Positions 55,113 through 64,000 of a stretch of DNA of 64,000 bases are shown here, piece by piece (within the stretch, counting starts at the first letter, position 1; each line of letters begins with the position of its first letter). Source of the DNA: an uncultured Christensenellaceae bacterium. Lineage in GTDB: Bacteria; Bacillota; Clostridia; Christensenellales; CAG-314. The position numbers and the translations under genes are program-made. The notes below the pieces were generated by a model. It did not search any database. It saw only the letters and a program-made list of their open reading frames with translations, and had not been told where the DNA came from. The stretch covers positions 61,081 through 125,080 of the forward strand of contig CAJUIV010000001.1 of the NCBI GenBank assembly GCA_910586905.1, read 5' to 3'.

Positions 55113-56855
55113 ATGTATAATAAAAGCGGAAAATCGAACGGGGGTGGGAGCGCTGTGAACAGAAGACAAATATCGGCTGTTTTTATTTTGATATTTTGTT
55201 TCGCTTTTACAAGCTTTTTCGGTAAAAGTACGGGGCAAAGGTATTTAAGTAAAGCCGAAAACGGTATCGGAAAAATTACGGCTGGCATTGACGACGCGGA
55301 TAACGTAGCGGACACAATCGAAGTTCAATCGGTAAACGACGTTGTTTCCCGCGCTAACGAGACGGTAACTATGCGCGACATTGCGGATTTTTTGCAAGAT
55401 AAAAAAGCGCACTACCCTTTGTCTGACGAATTTATCGAAAGGTATCAGCAAACGAGCGGCGGATATCTCGACTACGCCAAACAGACGGGAATCGAGGTAG
55501 ACAAGCAAAAACACGAACCGAATCAAAAATGGCATTTCTTCGACTCTTGGCTGTACCGCAGTATTGACGACGGCTCGATTACCTGGGAAGCCGGCGCGAA
55601 AACCAGAGTATACACGGGGCTTTTGTGTCCGGAATTGCTGCTTTGGATTTACGAAGCGTGCGGAGTTGATCCAGTAAAAGTAAAAGCAGCCAAGGAAGTT
55701 GCGGAGCAAGGTAAATCCGCCAAAACGAACGTTTCCACAATCGCTAAGAATATGAGAGCTTGCGTACCTTGGGAAGATTTGGAAAACGCGATTTTAAACA
55801 GAGAAAGCATTGCGCCTGAAAAATTAAGTGCGCTTACCGACGAAGCTTTGCTGGTGGCTGGCAATCAAAAAGATTTAAACGATATCGTTAAACTGAAATT
55901 CGAACCGGAAAATACGACGAATAAAAGGGTCGTTTGGTCGTGCGAGGAAAACGGCGCGTTTACGTTGAACGGTTCGAAAATTACGGCTATAAAGGCCGGC
56001 AGCGCCGCGGTTACTGCGACAAGTGCCGAAGATCCGTCTTTATCCGTAAACGTAACGGTTACCGTGCGCGAACCGAATCGGTATTCGGTTTCCGTTCAAG
56101 CCGGCGAAGGATATACCGTTACCGGACTTGAAAGCGAATACGCCGAAGGAAGCGAAGCGGTATTTACGGTAAACGTTACCGATTCTGCAAAAGCGGTAAA
56201 AGAAGTCAAGGCTAACGATACCGTTTTGAAATCCGCCGGAGGGACGACGTATAAATTTACTATGCCTAACAGTCCGGTTGTTATTAGCGTCGCGTTAAAA
56301 GACAAACCGGCTTATACCAGCGCAAAGTACGAATTGTCAGGCGTAAGCACCGCGCAAATCAAAACTAACGAAGCCGCGTTAGAAGTATTTAAATTGGTTG
56401 AAGGCGACGGAATTATCGGTAGCGTCAATCAAATAGATTATATTTACGGCGGAGGTTCGGGCGGCAGCGGCGATAACAGATGGTCATCTACGGAAATGAT
56501 GAAATTCGGAACGGCAAGCGTAAACGGAAGTATAACGCTAACTTTAAATTCCGAAGTAAACCGCGTTATAATTACGGGATACGTACACGATAATAAATGC
56601 GAAATAAGGGTCGGCGACAGCAATTCGACAGACTGGACGGACGAAGCGGGCGATAGCAAAACCGCCGTTCACGTTTGCTCCGATATGAACGTCGTAAGTA
56701 AAGAAAACGTCGACGGCAAAAACACGTCGACAATCGTTATAGATTTCGAAAGCACTGCGAGTTTAAAGATTGCGAATATAAATTCGACGTCAAAAAAATA
56801 TCAACTGTACATAACTTCTATCGAATTCGTTTTTTGTACCGATACGGCGCAATAA
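55113..56855 (+). CDS. membrane-anchored surface protein with a Big_2 (bacterial Ig-like) domain
   Basis: TM anchor ISAVFILIFCFAFTSFF. Big_2-like VVWSCEENGAFTLNGSKITAIKAGSAAVTATSAEDPSLSVNVTVTV. Alternative start at GTG 55155 (GGTGGGAG upstream), because TTGTTT-17-TATAAT (55093-55121) overlaps the ATG at 55113. Confidence 0.6.
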   Translation: MYNKSGKSNGGGSAVNRRQISAVFILIFCFAFTSFFGKSTGQRYLSKAENGIGKITAGIDDADNVADTIEVQSVNDVVSRANETVTMRDIADFLQDKKAHYPLSDEFIERYQQTSGGYLDYAKQTGIEVDKQKHEPNQKWHFFDSWLYRSIDDGSITWEAGAKTRVYTGLLCPELLLWIYEACGVDPVKVKAAKEVAEQGKSAKTNVSTIAKNMRACVPWEDLENAILNRESIAPEKLSALTDEALLVAGNQKDLNDIVKLKFEPENTTNKRVVWSCEENGAFTLNGSKITAIKAGSAAVTATSAEDPSLSVNVTVTVREPNRYSVSVQAGEGYTVTGLESEYAEGSEAVFTVNVTDSAKAVKEVKANDTVLKSAGGTTYKFTMPNSPVVISVALKDKPAYTSAKYELSGVSTAQIKTNEAALEVFKLVEGDGIIGSVNQIDYIYGGGSGGSGDNRWSSTEMMKFGTASVNGSITLTLNSEVNRVIITGYVHDNKCEIRVGDSNSTDWTDEAGDSKTAVHVCSDMNVVSKENVDGKNTSTIVIDFESTASLKIANINSTSKKYQLYITSIEFVFCTDTAQ

Positions 56856-56894
56856 GACAGCGAAAGTCGAATTAAAACAAACTGTGGGGTGCTT

Positions 56895-58247
56895 ATGACG
56901 AACAAGAAAAAAACGGCGATAGTTGCTATATTGTTTTTGCTGGTAACGATTTACTCTGCGTTATTTGCCGCTTGCGTAAATACGGAAGGCAGAGAGTATA
57001 CGGTTACTTGGAAAAATCACAACGGCGAAATTTTAAAAACGGAAACCGTCAAAGAGGGCGATATTCCCTCTTACGGCGGGGAAACGCCGACTAAAAGCGG
57101 CGACGGAAAGTATACTTATTTGTTTTCCGGATGGCAGCCGGCGGTAAGCGAAGTTCGCGCGGATACGACGTACACCGCTACGTTTACGTCGAGCGAGAAC
57201 AAATATACCGTAGTTTGGAAAAACTATGACGGCGCCGTTTTGGAAACGGATACCGACTTACCGTACGGTGTAAAACCTGTTTACGACGGAGCGACGCCTA
57301 AAAGGGATGCGAGCGTCGACGTAAGTTACATTTTTGCGGGATGGACTCCCGAGGTAACCGAAGTTACTGCCGACACCGTCTATACCGCGAAATTTACCGA
57401 AAGGCATAACGGCGAATTGATTGCGGGAATAGACCTTGTTTTCTCGCAAGATAACAAAACCGCAGAGTACGGTTTGTATCCGCAAACGCGCGTAAGCGAT
57501 GCGGCGTTGATTGCCGAACTTAACGGGTTGACGACGGTTTCGGCAAACGGATGGTATTTGTTTAACGGCGAATACTACGCAAAGGAAACAGCTAAAGTAT
57601 ACAATAACGAAAGCTATACTTTCGACGACGGAACGGTTATAGTTAACGGTAACGAATATTGGTTTAAATGCGAACCGATAAAATGGCAGGTGTTAAGCTG
57701 CGCTGACGGAACTTACCGTTTGCTATCCTGCAAACTGTTGGACGCGCATAATTTTTACGCCGACTACGAAAACAGAACTATCGGCGGCGGCGTGGTTTAC
57801 GCCAACAACTACGAACACAGCGACGTACGGAAATGGCTGAACGGCGAATTTTTTAACACTGCGTTCGCGTTAAATAATTCTTACGTACAGGAAACCGTTA
57901 TCGACAACGGCGCGGACGGGAACAAATACGCTTGCAACGATACGAAAGACAAAGTTTATCTGCCGAGTTATAAAGACTGTTTAAACGGCGGTTTCGGCTT
58001 CGACGAAGACCAAGATAACGCTTCCGTTACAAGACAATGCTTAACTACCGATTACGCCAGAGCCAGAGGCGCTTGGTATAACGTAAAAAAAGACCTGCAA
58101 TACAACGGCAGTTACTGGACGCGTTCGCCGTCGGGCGAATACGGTTATTGCGCGTGGAACGTTAACTCCGGCGGATATCTAAGCGAGTACGCCGTAGACG
58201 GCGAAAGTCATTGCGTAAGGCCGTGCGTTTCTTTAGTTTTTAAATAA
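56895..58247 (+). CDS. surface lipoprotein with tandem Listeria-Bacteroides repeats and a C-terminal DUF6273-like domain
   Basis: Lipobox LFAAC. Three YTVTWKN...GW.P....V..DT.YTA.F repeats. C-terminal ...SYWTRSPS...AWNVNSGG...CVRPCVSL signature. Confidence 0.6.
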   Translation: MTNKKKTAIVAILFLLVTIYSALFAACVNTEGREYTVTWKNHNGEILKTETVKEGDIPSYGGETPTKSGDGKYTYLFSGWQPAVSEVRADTTYTATFTSSENKYTVVWKNYDGAVLETDTDLPYGVKPVYDGATPKRDASVDVSYIFAGWTPEVTEVTADTVYTAKFTERHNGELIAGIDLVFSQDNKTAEYGLYPQTRVSDAALIAELNGLTTVSANGWYLFNGEYYAKETAKVYNNESYTFDDGTVIVNGNEYWFKCEPIKWQVLSCADGTYRLLSCKLLDAHNFYADYENRTIGGGVVYANNYEHSDVRKWLNGEFFNTAFALNNSYVQETVIDNGADGNKYACNDTKDKVYLPSYKDCLNGGFGFDEDQDNASVTRQCLTTDYARARGAWYNVKKDLQYNGSYWTRSPSGEYGYCAWNVNSGGYLSEYAVDGESHCVRPCVSLVFK

Positions 58248-58342
58248 TGTCCGTTTTGGACGCCTAAATGCATATCGTTTGAACGAACAATGTAATGGCG
58301 TTTTCACACAAGCATAATTTGTTGTTTTACTACTGGTTTTAT

Positions 58343-58380
58343 AAAAAAGGATTCGACTTCAAAGAAATCGAATCCTTTTT
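58343..58380. terminator. bidirectional terminator
   Basis: AGGATTCGA-loop-TCGAATCCT flanked by A6 and T5. Confidence 0.7.
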
Positions 58381-58438
58381 ACGTAAAACAAAATTGGCTG
58401 ATATAGGCTATTAGGCGGAATTTTAACGTTAAAACGAA

Positions 58439-58961
58439 TTACCGTACGTTTAAAAACTCTATTTCGGTACGATACGCATAATTAACGGTTTTATATTTTT
58501 TGCGCAGAACGGGGTATACTCTGTGGAAGCGTTTGAAAATTTATTGAAAAGGTTTTTGCCGCGGGTTGTTCGCTGCGAATAAGATAGTACCGGTTAATTT
58601 CGTTGCGGCGTAATCTTTTTCAAATTCGGCAAAAAGCGATTTTGCAACGCCTCTCAATCGGTACGTTTTAAAACGTATATCCAATCTGCGCAAGCTGTTT
58701 TGCGCCGTCTTGCACTACGACGTTGAAATGATACTTCAGCTGCCCTACTACTTTACCTTAATAAAGAGCCCAAACAATAGATTTTGTGAGTTGATAAAAA
58801 ACGTCGTTTACGCGTAGCCGTACGTTGTCTTCGCCGATATTTTCCGCGACAAGTTTGTTTTTGTTATCCGCAAACGCGCTTTTTAAATAAGCGATAAATT
58901 CGTTAGTATTTTGTTCGTTTAGAAATTCAAAGGTTCTTTGGCGATTTCTCCTTATAAACAT
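58439..58961 (-). pseudogene. GNAT-family acetyltransferase pseudogene (two in-frame stops plus a frameshift)
   Basis: The 67-aa ORF (58758-58961) continues past TAA as GKVVGQLKYHFNVVVQDGAKQLAQIGYTF*. After a frame change: YRLRGVAKSLFAEFEKDYAATKLTGTILFAANNPRQKPFQ*IFKRF.... These are GNAT motif A and the C-terminal N-x-x-A/Q..F motif. Confidence 0.5.
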
Positions 58962-59271
58962 CGTATTGCGTTCGATATGATGTTCCGGAGTTTTCCGTAA
59001 AAAGTTTGATTATAATAATCCGTTTAACCGCAGTTTGAATTTTCCGTTGACGGCATACTATCAAGAAGTAACTGCGTTTGAGTTGTTTAACATCTCTTTA
59101 TCTCGCCTATCGTATAAGCATAATTTGCAGGCAAGTATATTTCGAATAAAAAACTTTTCGTCTGCGTCGTACGCAATCCGCGTTAGCCTACCGAGTAAGA
59201 GTAACGCAGTTATTAAACGCTTTGTTGCTCAGAGATATCCGTTACAAGGAGGAAACGGCGAATCTAAAAAA

Positions 59272-59305
59272 GCGATAAAAAAGGGTACATTGAAAACGTA
59301 CCCTT
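59272..59305 (-). terminator. rho-independent terminator after tRNA-Pro
   Basis: Minus strand: AAGGGTAC-gttttcaat-GTACCCTT followed by TTTTTT. Confidence 0.7.
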
Positions 59306-59334
59306 GTAGTTGCGGCAAAAGCTCGCCGCCGTAA

Positions 59335-59410
59335 TGGTCGAAGTGACGGGATTCGAACCCATGGCCTCTTGGTCCCGAACCAAGCGCGCTACCAACTGCG
59401 CTACACCTCG
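59335..59410 (-). tRNA. tRNA-Pro (anticodon CGG), CCA encoded
   Basis: Manual cloverleaf. Acceptor CGAGGTG/CACTTCG. D arm GCGC-AGTTGGTA-GCGC. Anticodon arm CTTGG-TTCGGGA-CCAAG. Variable loop AGGCC. T arm ATGGG-TTCGAAT-CCCGT. Discriminator A plus CCA. Confidence 0.9.
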
Positions 59411-60317
59411 ATGAAATTCGGTTTTAAAAATCCGTTCGTTAGTTTTGCCTATTAACAGCGCCTGAGACTTTTCGGCGATGAGAGCATAGGCTCTTTCGTA
59501 ATTTCCGGAACACGTAACGTTTAGACTAAGACTTGTTCTAAACTGTCGTACGCTTAGATATTATACTAAACTTTACGTAAATATGCAACAGTTTTGTTTA
59601 ATTATATATTTTGCGATTAACTTAAGATAGCGAAACTGCAATAAAGCGTTGGCGGAGTTTTACCGAATCAGACTATTATCGAATATATCGTATTGCGTTT
59701 TAAACGTTTTTTGAGAGAAAGTGTTTATGGCGAGAAATATAATCAAAATTTTGACGCAATTCGATTGTAACTCAATAAGTGTAATTTCTCTGTAAACAGC
59801 TTAGCAGGAGTTTAGCGGGACTTACCTCTTTATATTGCGATATTCGTACGTAATCGAGTATATTTATTTAACCGATTTTAATTTAACGTACAGCGTTAAA
59901 AAGCAGCGTCAGGCAAAAAACCGTATTTGTGTACGGATATCCTTGCCGCAAATAAATTTTATTTATACGAGTTGCGCCTCGTAGCGGTTTGTAAAGCGAT
60001 GTCGTATAGTATAGGAAAGTAATATAATATCTAATTTTAACTTCAAATAATAATTTGGACGTCGTATAGTAAACGAGCGCTGATAGTTACGATGGTTTTG
60101 ATAAATATTCGAAATAGAAATTATTTCATACGGCGTAAATACGCCTACGAAAAAGTATTTTAACAGTACAAAAGGCGCCGCGGCATAACGCCGACATGCG
60201 CCAATTGTACAAACAAGGAATTTGCGAGAAATCTGTTATTATGAATAACAATATCATTATACACCCGAATTTCGAGTATGTCAACTATTTTACCCGAGAT
60301 ATGGGTAAAATATTTTT

Positions 60318-60524
60318 ATGAATAAATTTGCAGCAAGATTGCGCGAAGTACGAATGGAACGGGAATTAACGCAAGACGAACTGGCGAAATTGTTGTCGGT
60401 TAATCAGCGTACGATAAGTAACTGGGAACGCGAAGTTAACAAGCCCGATTTAGACATGCTTATAAACATTTCTAAAGTACTGGACGTCAGCGCCGATTAT
60501 CTGTTAGGAATAAAAGACTTTTAA
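60318..60524 (+). CDS. XRE-family helix-turn-helix transcriptional regulator
   Basis: LREVRMERELTQDELAKLLSVNQRTISNWEREVNKPDLDMLINISKVLDVSADYLLG. Confidence 0.8.
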   Translation: MNKFAARLREVRMERELTQDELAKLLSVNQRTISNWEREVNKPDLDMLINISKVLDVSADYLLGIKDF

Positions 60525-60575
60525 ATTTTACGTACCATCTGCCGGATTATCCGGCGGTTTTTCGATAACAAAAAA

Positions 60576-60605
60576 AGCGCAGCGGCTGTCCGTTGCGCTT
60601 TTTTA
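60576..60605. terminator. bidirectional terminator between the XRE gene and mscL
   Basis: AGCGCAGCG-gctgtc-CGTTGCGCT flanked by A7 and T6. A second small hairpin, GCCGGA-tta-TCCGGC, lies at 60541-60555. Confidence 0.75.
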
Positions 60606-60612
60606 TGTCGAA

Positions 60613-61212
60613 TTATTTACTTTGCTGAGCTTTTAGCAAATCCGCAATTTCCGCAAGCAGCTGCGCTTCGGTTTTGGGAGCGTTCTTTGCCGCTTCCTCG
60701 TCGGCAATGCGTTTTTCTTCCGCAAGTTTTTCGGCTTTTTCCTGCGCGATAGCAAGAATTTCTTTGCTTTTTTTGCCTTCTCTGCGGTAAGCGATAATTT
60801 CATCGGAGGTAAGCGGGTCGTACTTATGCGCGCCCTTTTTAAAACCTTCGTTAGCGGTATTGATTGCTTTAACAATGCAGAACAGAACGAAAGCTATAAG
60901 GATAAAGTTTATAATCGCGTTTATAAACGCGCCCCAATCTATGTATATGGACTGAGTTAAATCCAAAACCTGAACGGTGTTTCCTTCGATAACGGAATCG
61001 ACGTATACGGGTTTTAAAACGGTGTAAACTTCACTGAGCGAGTCTTTGCCTAAAATCAACGCTAACAGCCAGTTGATTATAGGTTTTAGGATGTTGTTGC
61101 TTAACGCATTAACTATAGCGGTGAACGCTCCGCCGACGATTACGCCGACAGCCATATCTAAAACGTTTCCGCGGGTGATGAATTTTTTAAATTCTCCGAA
61201 AAACTTTTTCAT
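60613..61212 (-). CDS. mscL: large-conductance mechanosensitive channel with a ~60-aa charged C-terminal extension
   Basis: FKKFITRGNVLDMAVGVIVGGAFTAIVNALSNNILKPII is the canonical MscL TM1 region. AAGGAG Shine-Dalgarno. Confidence 0.9.
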   Translation of the reverse strand: MKKFFGEFKKFITRGNVLDMAVGVIVGGAFTAIVNALSNNILKPIINWLLALILGKDSLSEVYTVLKPVYVDSVIEGNTVQVLDLTQSIYIDWGAFINAIINFILIAFVLFCIVKAINTANEGFKKGAHKYDPLTSDEIIAYRREGKKSKEILAIAQEKAEKLAEEKRIADEEAAKNAPKTEAQLLAEIADLLKAQQSK

Positions 61213-61794
61213 TGCGTATTCTCCTTATATTTTTCTTGCACCAAGAAGTATATAATATACTATTTTCTTTTGCAAGCGATTTTAGAAATTTACCGCCTAG
61301 AATTTTGAATTATGCAAGAATGAAAATATATTTTAGACGCCGTTTTTTTATGCTTGAAGTTCGCCGTAATTTATATTTTAAAAAGATATTTGTAATGTAA
61401 AACCACAGCACCGATTTTCGGGTGCAGCGGGAAAGATTAGCGCAAAAAGGACTTATATAATTTGTAATTTAGTTTACCGTAAAATTGTATGAACGTCTTT
61501 AAATCCGTTAAATTCGAAAGGCGTTTGAAATATGCGCCGCAGAATGATTTTCAGTGCGCACAAGTTGACAACCAATCTTTTTGATATACGTTCTCACAAG
61601 TACGAACGTGCCTTTGGACTCTTTTCCGTTACGGTTTCAAATGTTTCCGTAATACCCTAAAACGGTCAAAAAAGAAAGTCGGCGACGTACGTCGAAATAA
61701 GTTTCGAATATTACGTACGCGCCGTATTCTCTTGGTTTAAATTCTTTTTGTTGTGCGCAAGTTAAAGACTTTAAAAGCCTAACTTGTACGTTAA

Positions 61795-63135
61795 TTATTT
61801 GGATAAGCGATATAACGCTTCCATATATATTTCGGCCATTGCTTTTAAATTGTTTAAATCGATGCGTTCGTTCGGCATATGGATTGTTTGTTCTTCGCCC
61901 GGGAAAAGCGGACCGAACGCAACGCAATTGGGCAGACATCTGCTGTACGTTCCGCCGCCTATCGCAATGGGGTCGAGGTCAGAGTTGGTTGCTTTGTTAT
62001 ATACGCTCATAAGAGTAGTAACGAGTTCCGTATCCGCAGGTACGTACAAGGGATTGCTTACGTGCCAAGGCTGTACTTCGAATTCGTCGGGCGTTTTTTC
62101 GCGAAGCAGTTTGTACATATAGTCGCAGTCGTACGAAACAGGAAACCGTATATCTACTGTGGCAACCAGCGTTCCGTCCTCGAGAGTTTTCAAAACGCCG
62201 ATGTTGCACGTGAGGTTTCCGCTTTGTTCGTCGCAGAGAGCTATGCCGAAATCGTTGCCCGTAGTATCGCATAATTTGTTTGCCAAAAAGACCAACGAAG
62301 CATTTTTAGGATAAGCCTTTGCTAAAATTTTGAGAACGGAATGAGTGGCGTTTAATCCTTCGTTTGGAGTGCTTGCGTGGGCTGCTTTACCGACCGACGT
62401 TAACGTTATGCTTTCTTTGTCGCGGCCGATTGTTACGTTATCGTACCCTTCCGCGTCGACGTCCGCGTTTAAAGGCAGTTTTGCAAAACATTTGGAAGGC
62501 ACAACGTTAGCCCTGTCTCCCGCGTTAAGCGTTACGCCTTCGGGAAGTTTACCGAGAGTTATATTGAAGTGGTAAATGCCTTTTTCTCTGTTTATGACGG
62601 GAAAGTCTCCGTCGGGCGAAAACGATACATCGGGGAAAGGCATAGTCTTAAAGTAATGTTCTACGCATCCCATATCGGTTTCTTCGTCGCAGCCGAAAAT
62701 AAGACGTATAGTTTTGTTGGGTTTAAAACCTGCGTCCTTTAACGCTTTTACGGCGTAAAGACACGCAATCATCGGTCCCTTGTCGTCCATCGTACCTCTC
62801 CCGTAAAGTTTGCCGTTATGTATTTCTCCGCCGTAGGGTGGATATTCCCACTCCGAAGCGTTAGCCGGAACTACGTCCAAATGTCCCAAAACGCCCACTA
62901 CTTTTTCTCCGGTGCCTGCAAAATCCACATGTCCGGCATAACCGCCGTCGTTGTAAGTTTTGAAACCGAAACTTTCCGCAATCGAAAGGACGTAATCTAA
63001 GCAGTTTTTAACTTCAGTTCCGAACGGAGCGCCGGGCGCGGGAATGCCTTTTTCCGTTTTGAAAGTTATAACTTTTTGCAGAGTTTCGGTTAAACCGTTA
63101 AATTGTTCGGATAGTATTTTTTTTGCGTCTAACAT
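61795..63135 (-). CDS. pepV: M20-family dipeptidase (PepV/Sapep-like)
   Basis: GHLDVVPA, YGRGTMDDKGP and FGCDEE motifs. 446 aa. Confidence 0.8.
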   Translation of the reverse strand: MLDAKKILSEQFNGLTETLQKVITFKTEKGIPAPGAPFGTEVKNCLDYVLSIAESFGFKTYNDGGYAGHVDFAGTGEKVVGVLGHLDVVPANASEWEYPPYGGEIHNGKLYGRGTMDDKGPMIACLYAVKALKDAGFKPNKTIRLIFGCDEETDMGCVEHYFKTMPFPDVSFSPDGDFPVINREKGIYHFNITLGKLPEGVTLNAGDRANVVPSKCFAKLPLNADVDAEGYDNVTIGRDKESITLTSVGKAAHASTPNEGLNATHSVLKILAKAYPKNASLVFLANKLCDTTGNDFGIALCDEQSGNLTCNIGVLKTLEDGTLVATVDIRFPVSYDCDYMYKLLREKTPDEFEVQPWHVSNPLYVPADTELVTTLMSVYNKATNSDLDPIAIGGGTYSRCLPNCVAFGPLFPGEEQTIHMPNERIDLNNLKAMAEIYMEALYRLSK

Positions 63136-63291
63136 AATAAACCTCGTAAATAAAAACTTTTTGTATATATATTATACACAAATTTTGCTCGTTGTGCTAT
63201 TATATTTGTACTAAATAACGACAAGGATTTAGGTTTGCGTTTTACGTAGATACGGATTGGAAAGTCGAACGCAAAAGCAAAAGGAATTTGT

Positions 63292-63996
63292 ATGACCGGT
63301 GTAAACGAAGGACACAGACAGCGGCTGCGCAACCGTATGTTAAAAGAAGGATTGGATAATTTTCAGGACCACGAAATTTTGGAATTTTTATTGTTTCAGT
63401 ATATTCCCCGTAAAGATACCAATAAAATAGCGCACAATCTTTTAAAAAAGTTCGGCAGTTTAGGCAACGTTTTTAACGCGAATCCCGAACAGCTGATGAT
63501 GGTAGACGGTATTTCGCAGGTAACCGCGTGCAACATCGCTATTATAAAAGAAGTCTGGCGCAGATATAAGCGCGACGAAAGTTTTAAAATTTCGTTAAGT
63601 AAGCTGTCTTCTATAATAAAGTACGCTCAACAGCTTATGGACGAAAGCGGCGTCGAAAGAGTCGTCGTAGTTTACGTAGACGGCGGCACAAACTTTTTGT
63701 TTAAGGACGAGTTCTCGTCAAACAATCCCCAGTACGTAGACGTGGATATAAAGGAAATCATAGCGACTTCGGTTCGTTTAAAAGCTGCGGGAATAGTGCT
63801 TTTCCATTGTCATCCTCACGGGCAGTGCGCGCCGAGTCAGTCCGATTTGGCGTTTACCGAAAAACTTTACTTAGCGCTGGCAAGTATTGACAACGTGTTA
63901 CTCGACCATATTATTTTTAATTCGCGCAGCCAATTTTACAGTTTCCATAAAGAACGGATTTTGGAGATTATAGCCGATAAGTATAAAATTCAATGA
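63292..63996 (+). CDS. radC: RadC-family JAB/MPN-domain protein
   Basis: N-terminal HRQRLRNRMLKEGLDNFQDHEILEFLL and a helix-hairpin-helix. JAMM-like HCHPHGQCAPSQSDLAFT. Confidence 0.9.
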   Translation: MTGVNEGHRQRLRNRMLKEGLDNFQDHEILEFLLFQYIPRKDTNKIAHNLLKKFGSLGNVFNANPEQLMMVDGISQVTACNIAIIKEVWRRYKRDESFKISLSKLSSIIKYAQQLMDESGVERVVVVYVDGGTNFLFKDEFSSNNPQYVDVDIKEIIATSVRLKAAGIVLFHCHPHGQCAPSQSDLAFTEKLYLALASIDNVLLDHIIFNSRSQFYSFHKERILEIIADKYKIQ

Positions 63997-64000
63997 AATA

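Noticed and set aside
61637-61939. 100-aa minus-strand ORF partly overlapping the 3' end of the dipeptidase gene and extending into the 580-bp gap before mscL.
   Set aside because: It overlaps pepV out of frame, has an Arg-rich low-complexity translation and has no Shine-Dalgarno. The gap (61213-61794) may hold a decayed gene, but I could not recognise one.
1-64000. Search for CRISPR arrays, transposases or IS elements, integrases, rRNA genes, retron or DGR reverse transcriptases, and known defence-system genes.
   Set aside because: I found no regularly spaced direct repeats of 25-40 nt. No ORF carries transposase, integrase, RT, Cas, restriction or toxin motifs. Absence is based on reading the translations only, not on HMM searches.

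Overview
This looks like a 64-kb chromosomal segment from a low-to-moderate GC, Gram-positive, endospore-forming (Clostridia-like) bacterium. All calls rest on reading the supplied ORF translations, recalled family motifs and direct reading of the DNA; no searches or calculations were run. About 50 credible protein genes are present, and most of those left of ~45.2 kb lie on the minus strand. Housekeeping genes: murC, rpmE, nagA, lepB, rlmH, ychF, uppP, dnaN, dnaA, mscL, radC and a tRNA-Pro(CGG). Functional clusters: a gerA-type spore germination operon (15989-19618); a maltodextrin/starch locus (29609-39537: MalK-like ATPase, GH13 lipoprotein, MalG/MalF-like permeases, binding lipoprotein, large surface lipoprotein); an ABC-2 exporter pair; and a phosphohexomutase / M18 aminopeptidase / RimK-type ligase cluster. 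Accessory or decayed parts: an AT-rich three-gene insertion between murC and rpmE (SLOG-like protein plus two XRE regulators with twin palindromic operators); an XRE plus surface-protein module next to tRNA-Pro; two multiply disrupted GNAT pseudogenes; and a broken XRE gene. The most interesting signal is three 9-nt G runs. These are the only long G/C homopolymers I saw in the window. Each lies in an intergenic promoter-like region between a TTGAC(-35-like) box and a TAT-rich -10, with G on the sense strand, upstream of a lipoprotein or membrane-protein gene. One heads the maltodextrin operon. This pattern suggests slipped-strand phase-variable promoters. Other notable points: a DnaA-box cluster (candidate oriC) upstream of dnaN, with dnaA displaced 2 kb downstream of dnaN; an unclassified promoter / structured ~140-nt RNA / terminator unit in front of an SPFH gene; and a triple repeat with mutually exclusive long helices in the leader of a membrane metallophosphoesterase gene. 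I saw no CRISPR array, transposase, integrase or rRNA.
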